Assembly: GCF_009914755.1 (NCBI RefSeq)
Contig: NC_060939.1
Reading direction: 5' to 3' (one strand)
Length of the DNA stretch: 64,000 nt
Source of the DNA: the human T2T-CHM13v2.0 reference genome, Homo sapiens
The notes beneath the pieces were generated by a model. It had not been told where the DNA came from and ran no database searches. It saw nothing but the letters and a program-made list of their open reading frames with translations. The position numbers and the translations under genes are program-made. Positions 1 through 21,552 of this stretch are shown in pieces; position 1 is the first letter of the stretch; every line of letters starts with the position of its first letter.

Positions 1-1710
<1,710 letters not shown>

Positions 1711-2323
1711 TTATATTTTCTTTTTGTTTGTTAGTTTTTTTGAGACGGAGTCTCACTCTGTCCCGCAGGCTGGAGTGCGGTGGCGTGATCTCGGCTCACT
1801 GCAACCTCCTCCTCCCGAGTAGCTGGGATTCAAGTGATTCTCCTGCCTCAGCCTCCTGAGTAACTGGGATTACAGGCATGCGCCACCAGTATTATGAATT
1901 TCTTTGATTCATACGCAAAGATGTACTTCTTTTTTCATTTGCCTTCAGTTTACAGTAGCTTTGTGAGTAAACAAGCTATAAGGTCTTCTGTAGGTTCCAT
2001 TTTACTGTTTGACACATTATCAACAACTAATATACATTAGTTAGCTTTCCTGACACCCCAGGATAACACAGTTAGTTGGGACAACCATGCTTAGAACAGT
2101 TTTCCTTAAAAATCCTTATTTATGGAATATGCTGGAGGCTTTCAATTTTTTGCTATACATTAGGATTACCTGGGATCTTTTAAAAAATTCCAATGCCAGG
2201 CCGCATTCTAATGAATCTGATTTAATTAGAAAGGGGTGGCCAGGCTCATGCCTGTAATCCCAGCACTTTGGGAGGCCCAGGCGGGTGGATCACGAAGTCA
2301 GGAGATCGAGACCATCCTGGCTA

Positions 2324-4125
<1,802 letters not shown>

Positions 4126-5149
4126 TAATTTTTTTTTTAATGGAGCAGAGTCTCACTATGTTGTCCACTCTAGCCTCAAGTTACCCTCCCACTTGGCCTC
4201 CCAGAGTTAAAATAGCATCTTAAAAATCAACTCACAAAATGTGCATTGGTCCCACAAAAATTTCCAAAGCCAGATTAGAGGCTAGCACTTGTCACATTTA
4301 TTTCATCATTAGAGGCTCTTTCCTAGGGGTCCTGGCATTGTCAACCCAAGACCTTATTAATATGCAGGTATGTTTGGGATGATAACCTCTTATCAGATTA
4401 CCTTTAAGTAGGTATTAGTTTAAGAGATCCCGAAATCCAAGTTCTTTGGAATTGTGCATATCATAGGTTGAAGGTTAGGTTTCACAAGAAGCTGAAACTG
4501 AAACAGATTAGCTTGCAGGGGGTATATTGGGGAGTATTCTTGGGATCAACAACCATGGAAGGGAAGGAAAAGGAAGGAAACATGATTGGGCTGAGGGAGA
4601 AAATGAGCTGCCATGCAATCTGAACAACTCTCTGGGGAATCCTGAAGCTGGAATAACCTTTTTTCAGAGTTGGCCCTAGTTGGGAGTAGGAGGGAATGTT
4701 TTCATATTCTTAATGTTGATCAGTCATTAGATGTGGGCAGCCCTGGCAAAAGGGGTCAACTTGAGCAAGCCAGCCCTCTTCAGCAGAGGCAGTCTCTGAT
4801 GGCTTCTCACTGCCAGCACTCTAAGCAGCTGGGGGAGTAAGTCCTTCATTCCTGAAGGAGGATCTGGGTGGCACATTACAGTTTCCATTACATATGGGAA
4901 TGGTGAGAAAGCAAAAGGCTAAAAAAAAAAGTCAGCTAAAAGAGCCAAAGACAGGCCGGGCATGGTGGCTCACGCCTGTAATCCCAGCACTTTGGGAGCC
5001 AGCACTTTGCGAGGCCAAGGTGGGTGGATCACGAGGTCAAGAGACTGAGACCATCCTGGCCAACATGGTGAAAAATTAGCCAGGCATGCTGAGCGTGGTG
5101 GCTCACAACTGTAATCTCAGCACTTTGGGAGGCTGAGGTGGGTGGATCA

Positions 5150-5486
<337 letters not shown>

Positions 5487-7184
5487 TCAAGTCACAATCC
5501 CTGAACCTCAATTTTCTCATCTGTAACTGTGATGATAAAATTTATCTGATAAGGAGGTTATAAGAATTACACAAGAAAATGTATATGAAATTACTTTTTC
5601 AATTATCAAATGCCATACAAATGTATGGTGTTGCTATAAATAGTTGATTTATTGATTAAAGCTAGTAGTGACAGGGATAGTAAAACTGCTATCTGGTTGG
5701 CTGAAGCCAAGGCAAGGATGAAATACAGTTCTCCAGATCTGTTATGACTGCTTTGTGTAAAGCATCACTGAACAGTACTCCTTTGTGTTATTTCCTCTTT
5801 AGCTCTTGCTGGGTATGCTCCAGTGATCCAAGATGCTACCAACATGCCTATTCTAACATGCTTTTTACTTTTATTTAGATAAAATAAACTCGTTCCTGAG
5901 AGATGCTTATGATGCAGTAGTATTGTGTTGGGTCAGAGGTATTTTAATGTAATTGAATTATACTTGAGCTAGTCTGTGTTAACGTCTTCCAAGGAGATAA
6001 ATAATTGATGGCCTAAACAAAACATGAAGGTCTGCATGTGGGAACTAGTGGTCTCACAACAGAAGGAAGTTTAGGAACTCAGGAGGAGGAAGACAGAGGA
6101 CAAAGGTACAGAGGATTTGAGAGATGGAGGGAATGGCAGATCTAAGCAGATAATAAGCTGATGGAGATGGAAAGGGCTTAGGCAGTCATCCCATAAGAAA
6201 ATCATTAGCCCCAAAAGCATTATCTCATTTACCCCTTAAAACAACATTGTGGAAGAGAGACCACTATAGTTGCCATTTTAGAGGTAAGATAATAGTGAGT
6301 CATAGGAGTTAAAGATTTGCCTGGTCACACAGTAAGTTTCAGAACTGGTTTCAATCCAGGTTAGTCTGAAGTTCTTAGCCACACTGCCTGAAGAGCCTGG
6401 TTTCAACCTGAAACTAAGGGAGTATTCCTAGCGGAGAGATAATGACGAAGGAAGGGTGGTAGAAAAATAACTCTAAGAATAAAGTAATGAAAGACAGTGA
6501 CCCAAAGGATCTGGCTAGGTGGGGTTAATCATATGGATAAAGAAACAGGGAGACCTAGAAAAGACTGAGTAAGATTTAAATGGATGTGCTACCTTTACCT
6601 AAAATTTCCAGAACTGCCCTATCATTTCATTAATGCCACAACTGAGGGTCAAGAATGAGAAAGATGAGAACATAGTTAATTGTTCTCATCTTATTGTAAT
6701 TTTGGAAGAGGAGAAAAGAACAAAAGAAGTGAGTGAAGAAAGCAAGGACTTGTGATCTCTATGGAAGGGCAAATGGAGTTATTATAGAAGAGTCTAACAT
6801 CCTTCCAGGCAGGAGACAAAGTAAGAAGGGAAATGACTAGAAAAGAGTGAAGGGAAGAAGGGGAGAAGGGGAAATTATTGGAAATAGAAAGATAAGCCTC
6901 AATGTGAGGAGGAAAGAAGAGAAAAGGAACATGACATTCATTCATTAGTTTCAGACAGTTTAAATGAAGACACAATTAGGTAAATTTATTTAAATGGTCA
7001 TGTTCCTGTCATAAATAAACACACACACACACACCTTTTTGTCACATTAATAAAAAGGCAGCAAAACTAAGTTGAGTGGCATAAGTTGAGTGACAGCTTA
7101 GTCCCAGGAACTACTTTGCACCAGAACCTATAGTAACAAAGCAGAGATATTATAACTTATTTTATGCCATGTCACTTAAATATA

Positions 7185-7930
<746 letters not shown>

Positions 7931-7971
7931 TATAATCTTTTCCTAGGCATCCCGTTTCCCAAGGAACCAAC

Positions 7972-8688
<717 letters not shown>

Positions 8689-9169
8689 TTAAGTTCTAGG
8701 TACCCGTGCACAACGTGCAGGTTTGTTACACAGGTATACATGTGCCATGTTGGTTTGCTGCACACATGAACTCATCATTTACATTAGTTATTTCTCCTAA
8801 TGCTATCCCTCCCCCTGCCATGTCTTATTAACATAAATCGGGGTGGTGTGAGGGGGTCATATGTGTGTGTGTTTGTGTGTGTGTTGGTTGGTTATACCAA
8901 AATTTTCAGTAACTATTAAGAGTAGTGTTAAACAAACAAAAAAAACTAAAGTGTTAATTTTTTTCTTCAATGTTCACTGTAACTTTTCCTTAGTGAATTC
9001 TAGCTGTGTTTGAATAGTTTGGTCTTAAAATACTAGATTTTAAGTTCAAAATAACTTATCTTTGAATATAATCACCTCTACATAATAAAATATACCTATT
9101 TGCCTACAACTCTTCACAGTAATTTGATGAGATAAAGAGATTTTAGGCAACAACCTGCTAATAGTTTAT

Positions 9170-9450
9170 GCCAGATGTTGACAAACTGTGATTAGTCCAA
9201 CTATGGTCGTTTTTTTTACTTCCCTGAGCTAAGGATAGTTTTTACATTTTTTAATGGTTGAAAAAAATCAAAAGAATAGTAACATTTTGTGACACAAGAA
9301 AGTTATTCAAAATTTGGATTTCAGTGTCCATAAAGTTTTATTGAGATACTACTACTATGGCTGCTCTCCCAGTGCAACAGCAGAGCTGAGTACTTGTAAC
9401 AAGGCTCACGTACTATCTGGCCATTTACAGAAAAAGTTTACTTACCCCTT
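9170..9450. mobile_element. MER58-like hAT MITE
   Basis: tactatctggccatttacagaaaaagttt terminal motif. Confidence 0.6.
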
Positions 9451-10095
9451 TTCCTGTAATATGATCATCATTTAGCTATACAATGAGAACTCAGGGTAGA
9501 ATTCAGCTCTACTCTGAATAGAAACTCTACAGTCACACTAAGGTCAACTCTGAATATTGACCTAACCAAAACTGATACAAATTGTTTTGGAACGATGGGG
9601 TCTGGGAGTACGAATGAAAGTGGTCCTTGCAGCATTTCTTGTGATCGTTGTGAGAGGGCTAGTCTCACCTCTTCCTTAGTGGGAATCGGTAGATATCATT
9701 TGATCCTGAAAGCCCACAGCATCACTATTGGCAGGTCAAGAGAGATAAGGAGGTCAAAAACAAGAGTGAGCTCCAGCATTAAAAAGACTACTCTGGAAGG
9801 TGTAAATGGGGAACACTTGAGACCGTTTCTTGGTAGTAAACAACATGGGTTTCTTTTTAGCGGCAAATGTGTTGAAATACTTGCCCCCTTAAACTGAATG
9901 TATGGATAGTTTGAGTAAAACAAAAGTATTGAGAAATAGAGCCACTAGTTCCCCCACACGGCATGGCCTTGTCTCCCTGACAGTGCTCCTGACAGGAGAG
10001 CCCAGACCTCTCTTCACATACCTCCAGTGCCTGGGTTGAGTAAAGAGGGTTGCCACTTATCCAGAGCGCCTGATTCATCCCTGAATATTGAAGTT

Positions 10096-10177
10096 CAGTT
10101 CAGCTTCTACCGAGTCCCACCCAGTTCCGTGGTTTACCAGTTCAGCTTCTACTGAGTCCCACCTAGTTCCGTGGTTT
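10096..10177. repeat. 42-bp tandem duplication (2 copies, 2 mismatches)
   Basis: cagttcagcttctacYgagtcccaccYagttccgtggttt at 10096 and 10138. Confidence 0.9.
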
Positions 10178-10429
10178 TCTCCCTGTTCCTGGCTCTGCCC
10201 TCTCTGCCCTACTCACCTCCCACCCACTTCCCTAAGCATTGAAGTCCAAACGTAAATCCTTCCAGTTTTTGGCGCCCGGGTATTTGACTTGCGCTCCTTT
10301 AATGTGGTATTCTGCCTCTCGTTTTCCTGGCCGCCTCCCTGGGACCCAGTTCCAGCTCACCAGCATCGGCTCCTCACACTCAGTGTTTAGGAGGTATCAT
10401 CATATCATGGGCTGACAGGAATGACGGGA

Positions 10430-10690
10430 GAGAAACCTTAACGCAGAGTGAGTCCCCATGGAAACGGCGCCAACCCCGACCGGGGGCGTCGCCAGCGGGA
10501 AGGGGTGGGTCCCCTCTCGAATACCCCGCCCGGCTCCGGGAACGTCACCGACGCTCTGGGGCTTTTGCTAAGAAGCGCTCGCCCAGGAGGAGGCAGGGCA
10601 AATTGGTGAACAGGGCGGCGTGTCCTTATACGGGCACGAACTCGCGAGGTCCTGTGAGTAGGTCATACTCTCCTGGCCCCGATGTCTTCC
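10430..10690 (+). promoter_or_regulatory. Orphan CpG-rich promoter/enhancer-like island
   Basis: Non-repeat CpG cluster with X-box GTCCCCATGGAAAC (10452-10465), GC box CCCCGCCC (~10524), CRE half-site CGTCA (~10543), CTCGCGAG (10641-10648) and donor-like GTGAGT (10654). Confidence 0.6.
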
Positions 10691-10829
10691 CCTGCTTAAT
10701 GAGAGGCATCTCCTGGCTCCACAGTATAGACTGTCAGGACTTGACTACTTGACTATCCTCTAAAGAGAATCATGATCAAGTCCCAAGTTCTTGGATAAAA
10801 TGAATTTGTCCTAGATTATGGGAAAACAC

Positions 10830-10831
<2 letters not shown>

Positions 10832-10881
<50 letters not shown>
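10832..10881. repeat. (TG)25 perfect microsatellite
   Basis: Read directly. Confidence 0.97.
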
Positions 10882-10884
<3 letters not shown>

Positions 10885-11083
10885 AAAGACTACTTCAGAA
10901 AATTGAGAAAATGTAAATGATGTGCAGGTAGGACTTTAATAAATATAAAGGTAAAAATATTATAAATATGGTATTAAGCATTTGGAATTGGAGGTTTCCA
11001 TTTGTAAAAGTTGCCAATTATTTTTACAGTTTCTAGTAAAATCATATCCCAGCTTCCTGTTACTCTTTCATTTGCAAAGGTGA

Positions 11084-11380
<297 letters not shown>

Positions 11381-11740
11381 TAGATATTGAGAACCCTTGA
11401 GCATGACTTTAAAATGGCAGCAACTTGAATCTTGAAGTATTGGAACACCGGTGTAAACATGAAACACCTTTACACCCATGTATGGATGTGCCATTTTATT
11501 TTCTATGACTCTTATTGTGGAACCTTTACTGTAGTTTGTTTCTGGTTTTCTTCTATTATAAACTTTGCCTTCATAAACATGCCTATTGGTAAATCTCTCC
11601 ACACACATCTTTCCTTAGGATAAGTTATTCTAAGTACAAATAACAGGTCAAAGAAATGTACATTTTAAAACACTTCAGGCTGGGCGCGGTGGCTCATGCC
11701 TGTAATCCTAGCACTTTGGGAGGCTGAGGCGGGCGGATCA

Positions 11741-12254
<514 letters not shown>

Positions 12255-12302
12255 TAGACCTCTGAAAACACTGGGATTATAGGTGTGAGCCACTGAGTCT
12301 AG

Positions 12303-12494
<192 letters not shown>

Positions 12495-13084
12495 TAGAGA
12501 CTAAGGGTTTCACCAAGTTGGCCAGGCTAGCCTTGAATTCCTGACCTCAAATGATCCGCCCACCTCAGCCTCCCAAAGTGCTCAGATTACAGGCACGAGC
12601 CATTACACCCAGCCTTCCTGAATATTTTTGATCCACAGTTGGTTGAATCCACAGATGCAGAACCCATGGATATGGAGGGCCGATTGTACATCCATACTGT
12701 AAAACCATCACTACTATCCATCTCCAGACTTTTTTCATCTTGCAAAACTGAAACAATGTTCCTATTAAACATTAACTCCCCATCCCCACTTCCTCCCAGT
12801 CTCTGCAAACCACCATTCCACTTTCTGTCTCTGTGAATTTGACTACTCTAGGTACCTTATATAAGTGGAATCACACAGTGTTTATCTTTTTGTGACTGGC
12901 TTATTTCACTTAGTATAATGTCCTTAAGGTTGATCCATGTTGTAATAAGTCAGAAATTCCTTGATCTGTGATTTTTTTACTTTTGCAGGTGTTTCAGGTT
13001 TCTTGTAAAGAGCATTGATTACCTAGATGAAATTCTTCCCAAATTTCTGTTTTGTTAAGGAATAAAAGGAGTGCTCCCTCAAAA

Positions 13085-13620
13085 GCTTAAAAAGCGTATA
13101 TACCTAAAGTAAAATAGTTCATCCTACCATAAAAACACATGCATGCAAATATTTACTGCAGCACTATTCACAATAGCAAAGACATGGAATCAACCTAAAT
13201 GCCCATCAATTGTAGACAGGATAATGGAAATGTGGTACACATACACCATGTAATACTACACAGCCATAAAAAAGAATGAGATTATGTCCTTTGCCGCAAC
13301 ATGGATGGATCTGGGGACCATTATCCTAAGCAAACTAATGCAGGAACAGAAAACCAAATACCATATGTTCTCACTTAAAAGTGCGAGCTAAACAACGAGA
13401 ACACATAGACACAAAGAGGGAAATGACACACACGGACCTACTTGAGGGTGGAGGGTAGGAGGAGGGAGAGGATCAGAAAAAAAAATAACCTGTTGGGTAC
13501 TGTGCTTATTATCTGGGTGACTAAATAATCTGTACACCAAACCCCTGTGACATGCAGTTTACCTGAATAACAATCCTGCACCTGTACCCCTAAACCTAAA
13601 ATTAAAGTTAAAAAAAAAAG
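13085..13620 (+). mobile_element. L1 3' end fragment (L1PA/PB), within older L1M pieces spanning ~12690-13860
   Basis: ctattcacaatagcaaagacatggaatcaacc...ccataaaaaagaatgag...A-tail. Confidence 0.85.
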
Positions 13621-14235
13621 CTTTAAAAATGTCTAGTACACACCAGTGTTCATTGTAGCATCATACACAATAGCCAAAAGAGGAAAACAACTCAGGTATC
13701 CATCAACAGATGAATGGATAAACAAAATGTGGTCTATACATACAATGCAATATTATTCAGCCTTAAACGGAAGGAAATTGTGGCACATGCTACAACATGG
13801 ATGAACCTTGAAGCCATTATGTTAAGGGCTGATGGTTGCATAACAATATGAATGTACTTAATTGCACTGAATTACACAACGTCTCACTCTATTGCTTGGG
13901 CTGGAGTGCAGTGGCGCAAAATTTCGGCTCACTGCAGCCTTGATCACCGGGGTTTAGGTGATCCTCCCACCTCAGCCTCCCAGGTAGCTGAGACTACAGG
14001 CATGCGCCCACCACACCCTGCTAATTTTTTGTATTTTTAGTAGAGACAGGGTTTTGCCATGTTGTGCAGGCTGGTCTCAATCTCCTGGGCTCAAGCAATC
14101 TGCCTGCCTTGGCCTCCCAAAGTGTTGGGATTACAGGGGTGAGCCACTGTGCTCAGCCTATTTTACCACAGTTTAAAAAAATAATTAAAAATAATCTTAA
14201 TCCCAGCACTTTGGGAGGCCGAGGCGGGCAGATTA

Positions 14236-14491
<256 letters not shown>

Positions 14492-14764
14492 TTATATATA
14501 TGCAACCTATTTTAATTACATTACTTTAGCTCTCTATATAAATGACTTCACAAAACGATTTAATACTATATTTTTGTATTTTTAACAAAGTCAGTAAGAT
14601 AGTGATTTGAAGACAATTATGGCTGGGTGTAGTGGCTCACGCCTGTGATGCTAGCAATTTGGGAGGCCAAGGCAGGTGGATCACTTGAGGTCAGGAGTTT
14701 GAAACCAGCCTAGCCAACATGAAGAAACCCTGTCTCTACTAAAAATATTTTTAAAAATTAGTCA

Positions 14765-14953
<189 letters not shown>

Positions 14954-15414
14954 TTATGTTTATGAGAGTCACTTAATTCAATATATGGCTGTTGGTGACA
15001 ATGTACGTTGTACTGTAAAATGTCTGAGTGATACATTCTCCCTTGACTTTGGTTCTAGGTAAGTTTGCTTTCATGGTGAATTGCTGCCTGCTTTCTTTAT
15101 AAGAAGAACTCTATTTACCTTTCTGCTTTGACTGTCAGGAACTGAGACACCTTTTATGCTGAATTGAAGTGATTAGCTGGTCAAACCAGTATTTCCCTGG
15201 AGAATCATTAACCATCATTAAATAAATAATATCCTGTTCCTATTCACTTTGAACACCATGAGTGAAGTGGCTTGGTTGGAGTACAGTGTCTGAAATTGAG
15301 ACTGCTGGCTTTTGTGACTTTGGACCTTGTCCAAATACTTTAACAGCATGATTCTTCCTCTTGTTGTGCCCCATTTCTAGAAAATGATTTCCTGTATCTT
15401 TGAGGTTTCTCTAA

Positions 15415-16432
15415 TGTTACGGGAAGTCAGGGACCCTAAACGGAGGGACCGGCTGGAGCCGTGGCAGAGGAACATAAACTGTAAAGATTTCATGGACATT
15501 TATCAGTTCCCAAATAATACTTTTATAATTTCTTATGCCTGTTTTTACTTTAATCTCTTAATCCTGTTATCTTCATAAGCTAAGGATATACGTCACCTCA
15601 GGACCACTGTGATAATTGTGTTAACTGCACAAATTGATTGTAAAACATGTGTGTTTGAAAAATATGAAATCAGTGCACCTTGAAACAGAACAGAATAACA
15701 GCGATGATTAGGCAACAAGGGAAGACAACCATAAGGTCTGACTGCCTGTGGGGTCGGGCAAAAAGAGCCATATTTTTCTTCTTGCAGAGAGCCTGTAAAT
15801 GGATGTGCAAGTAGGAGCGATATCACTAAATTCTTTTCCTAGCAAGAAATATTAATATTAATATCCTGGGAAAGGAATGCATTCCTGGGGGGCGGTCTAT
15901 AAACGGAGGCTCTGGGAGTGTCTGTCTCATGTGGTTGAGATAAGGACTGAGATACGCTCTGGTCTCCTGCAGTACCCTCAGGCTTACTAGGGTGGGGAAA
16001 AACTGCCCTGGTAAATTAGTGGTCAGACCAGTTCTCTGCTCTCAAACCCTGTTTTCTGTTATTTAAGATGTTTATCAAGACAATACGTGCACCGATGAAC
16101 ATAGACCCTTATCAGTAGTTCTGCTTTTGCCCTTTGCATTGTGATCTTTGTTGGACCCTTATTAGTAGTTCTGCTTTTTGCCCTTTGAAGCATGTGATCT
16201 TTGTACCTACTCCCTGTCCTTACACTCCCTCCCCTTTTGAAACCCTTAATAAAAAACTTGCTGGTTTGAAGCTCAGGTGGGCATCATGGTCCTCCCGATA
16301 TGTGATGTCACCCCCGGTGGCCCAGCTGTAAAATTCCTCTCTTTGTGCTCTTTCTCTTTATTTCTCAGCCAGCTGACACTTATGGAAAATAGAAAGAACC
16401 TATGTTGAAATATCGGGGGCGGGTTCCCCATA
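15415..16432 (+). mobile_element. MER11-family (HERV-K11/HML-8) solo LTR
   Basis: Starts TGTTACGGGAAGTCAGGGACCC, 1018 bp. TATAAA 15898, AATAAA 16248. Perfect 6-bp TSD ctctaa at 15409-15414 and 16433-16438. Confidence 0.9.
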
Positions 16433-17215
16433 CTCTAAGGTTTTTGCAAATGCATTTTACATATGCCACATTCCTTGGGTTTTAAATTAGATCATCTCAA
16501 TCATGTCTCCCAAATTTGGTTTTAAAATATCCTTCCACATGTTTTCTAGTGGTGTAGTATTAGATAAAACCAAAACCAAAATTTTATTTTATTGATATGG
16601 GTAATGCTCTCCATTCATACATTACAGCCCTGGTCCCTCAGTCACTAGGTTCCACATTTTGGCACTATTAAAAAAAAAAACAAAACTTTTATTTTCTTCC
16701 CTTGAATATCCAATCAGGTGCCATGTTCTATAGTTTTTATTTTTAAAATTATTGTTACATCTGATTATTCCTTTCTAATCTCAATGTTGTATTCTCCCAT
16801 CTTTCTTCTTCAGGTCTTTGTAATTACCCCACTACCTGGATTATTGCAATCTCCTTCCAACAGGATTCTCTCTCACACCTATCCTCTGGACAGCCAGTTC
16901 TCTATGCCGTTGCCAGATCCATCTTGCCAAAGCAGAACTCTGTTGTCTTCACTCTTGGCATTTACAAAGGCCTTCCTCAATGTGCCTCAAGCCAAGGGTC
17001 TGGTCTAATTACCATTATTCCTCTTGGCATAGCCTAGCCAAACTGAAACACTCACTGTCCCTGCAACATGCCCTGCATTTTCTCATCTTAATGCTTTGGT
17101 TCGTGTTGTTAGGTCTTAGTGCAAAGTGCTTTTACCCACCCCAACCTCAATCTCTGCCAGTCAAGAAATATTACCCATCCTTTATATGTGGCCTCCATAA
17201 TTAAACTTTTCTTGA

Positions 17216-17446
<231 letters not shown>

Positions 17447-17799
17447 TAGAGACGGGCTTTCACCGTGTTAGCCAGGATGGTCTGGATCTCCTGACCTGGT
17501 GATCTGCACGCCTCAGCCTCCCAAAGTGCTGGGATTACAGACGTGAGCCACCGTGCCCAGCTTCTCTCTCCTAGTTTTAACCTTCCCCCTGCCTTTTATA
17601 TCTGGTCATCTCTTGTGGCAAAAAGCATATTCTTCATATATTAAACTTACTTATGTATGTCTCTCTCCTACATAAGCTCTTAAGATAATGAACTATAGCT
17701 CTTTGCCTACTTACCTTTATGTTTCTTTATGTTTTCTGATTAGATCAATGTATTCTATTCCAAAGGTACTCCAAAATTTAATTGAAAATTTTAAATTGA

Positions 17800-17988
<189 letters not shown>

Positions 17989-18219
17989 TGAGACCATCCT
18001 GGCTAACATGGTGAAAACCCGTCTCTACTAAAAATACAAAAAATTAGCCGGGCATGGTGGCGGGTGCCTGTAGTCCCAGCTACTCAGGAGGCTGAGGCAG
18101 GAGAATGGCATGAACCCGGGAGGTGGAGCTTGCAGTGAGCAGAGATGGCGCCACTGCACTCTGGCCTGGGTGGCAGAGCGAGACTCTGTCTCAAAAAAAA
18201 AAAAAAAAAAAAAAAAAAA

Positions 18220-18225
<6 letters not shown>

Positions 18226-18263
<38 letters not shown>
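18226..18263. repeat. (AT)n(AC)n compound microsatellite at an Alu tail
   Basis: Read directly. Confidence 0.9.
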
Positions 18264-18286
18264 GTGTATACATTTACTCAGAACAG

Positions 18287-19991
<1,705 letters not shown>

Positions 19992-20699
19992 TTACTCAGA
20001 ACAGCAATATATAATAAACAATTAAAAAATCAACAATAAGGGAGTTGTTAGATAAATTAAGGTAGGGCTGAATCTAATTCTCCTGGGTCTGGCCCATAGG
20101 AAGTATTTAATACTTATTAAATGAATGGTATACTACCGTGTTGCAATATTATTTACTCAGGTGCATGTGAAATCAGTTTAAGGGAAAAATAACTTTCACA
20201 AAACATAGGAATTACATCTATAGAAAACCTATGCTGCCGGGCGCGGTGGCTCAGCCTGTAGTCCCAGCACTTTGGGAGGCGGAGGCGGGAGGATCGCTTG
20301 AACCTAGGAGTTCCGAGGCCAGCCCGGGCAACACAGACAGATCCCAGTCTCTACAAAAACTATATTTAAAAAATTAGCTGGGCGTGGTGGTGCGAGCCTG
20401 TAATTCCAGCTACTTAAGGTCAGGGAGGTCGAGGCTGCAGTGAGCCATGATCGCGCCACTGCATTCCTGCCTGGGGGATAGAGACCCTGTCTGAGAAGTG
20501 AAGGAAAGGGGAATGGTAGAGGGAAGGGGAAGAGAAAGAAAAGAAAACCTATGGAGGTACGTTAATAATCAGAAGGGGCCAGAGGAAGCCACCTGACACA
20601 TTTGTGAGACAATTTAAAAGGCGTTCTCATACATTCTCACTTTGATACAACAACCCTGCAAAGTGCGCACGGAAGGTGTTATTAACTCCGTTTTACAGG

Positions 20700-21380
20700 T
20701 AAGGAGATCGACCCACTGAGGTCAGGAGTGACTGACCAAGGCGGAGCCAGGACTCTAGCCCCCGCCTCCCGGCCACTGGTCCCGGTCTCCTTCCCCGCCA
20801 CCACTCGGCCACCGTCATTGGTGTTCAGAGTTTCGGTTCTCTTTTCTGTGATCGTATTACTTATGCAAAACGAGCCCAGTCACTTGCGCGGCCAGAGAGG
20901 GGCAGGTGCTGGGCGGCGGCTGACGGGCGCAGCACCCTAGGCCCAGTGTCTGGCTCCAGCCCCGCATCCGGCGCCGGCCCCGCATCCAGCTCTGGCCCTG
21001 CGACAATAGAGTCCGGAAGTGCAGGCAAAGCGGCTCCCGGGAGCGCCGCGCGGTCCTGCGCGGGATCAGCGAGGGCCGCGCCCCGGCGGGCGGGCGGCAT
21101 GGCTGCAGTGCTGGCTCTCAGGGTGGTCGCGGGGTTGGCGGCCGCAGCGCTGGTGGCCATGCTCTTGGAGCACTACGGCCTGGCGGGCCAGCCCTCGCCG
21201 CTGCCGCGCCCCGCGCCCCCCAGGAGGCCGCACCCTGCGCCAGGGCCCGGAGACAGCAACATCTTCTGGGGCCTGCAGGTGACGCGGCGGGAAGCCGGGC
21301 CGGGAGGCAGGTGCAGATCGGGCACCGTGCGGTGGGACCCTTGCGGGTGTTGGGCCCCACGCTCCAGGCTGGGGACCTCA
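20700..21380 (+). promoter_or_regulatory. TMEM62: TMEM62 CpG-island promoter with ETS/GABPA site
   Basis: High GC and CpG density around exon 1. CCGGAAGTG at 21013-21021, GC-rich Sp/KLF-type elements, no obvious TATA box. Confidence 0.85.
21099..21278 (+). CDS. TMEM62: TMEM62 coding exon 1 (aa 1-60; hydrophobic signal/anchor and Pro-rich linker)
   Basis: Strong Kozak context ggcATGG at 21099. Translates MAAVLALRVVAGLAAAALVAMLLEHYG...NIFWGLQ, the TMEM62 N-terminus. Donor CAG|GTGACG. Confidence 0.97.
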
Positions 21381-21552
21381 GTCAGATTGTAACTCGAGGC
21401 TCTGTCTAGTGCTGGCCCTGTCCTTACCTGGGGGGTTCGTTATGCATTGCCTCTTTGCCTTTTCCTTCTGCCCGAGAGAGCCGCTGAGCCGCCCCTCCCC
21501 ATGCTGCCTCTTCCTGGCTCAGATCTCTCTGTTCAATACCTGTTTTCGGCAG

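Noticed and set aside
9468-10078. Overlapping ORFs in unique sequence upstream of the orphan island
   Set aside because: No recognisable homology, poly(A) or TSD. Cannot be called a gene or pseudogene without a search.
20946-21098. In-frame 51-aa N-terminal extension of TMEM62 from a GTG
   Set aside because: Begins upstream of the ETS site and likely TSS. Stop-free stretches are expected in a GC-rich island.
20861-21360. Antisense Ala/Pro-rich ORFs over exon 1
   Set aside because: Low-complexity shadow ORFs of the CpG island with no independent support.
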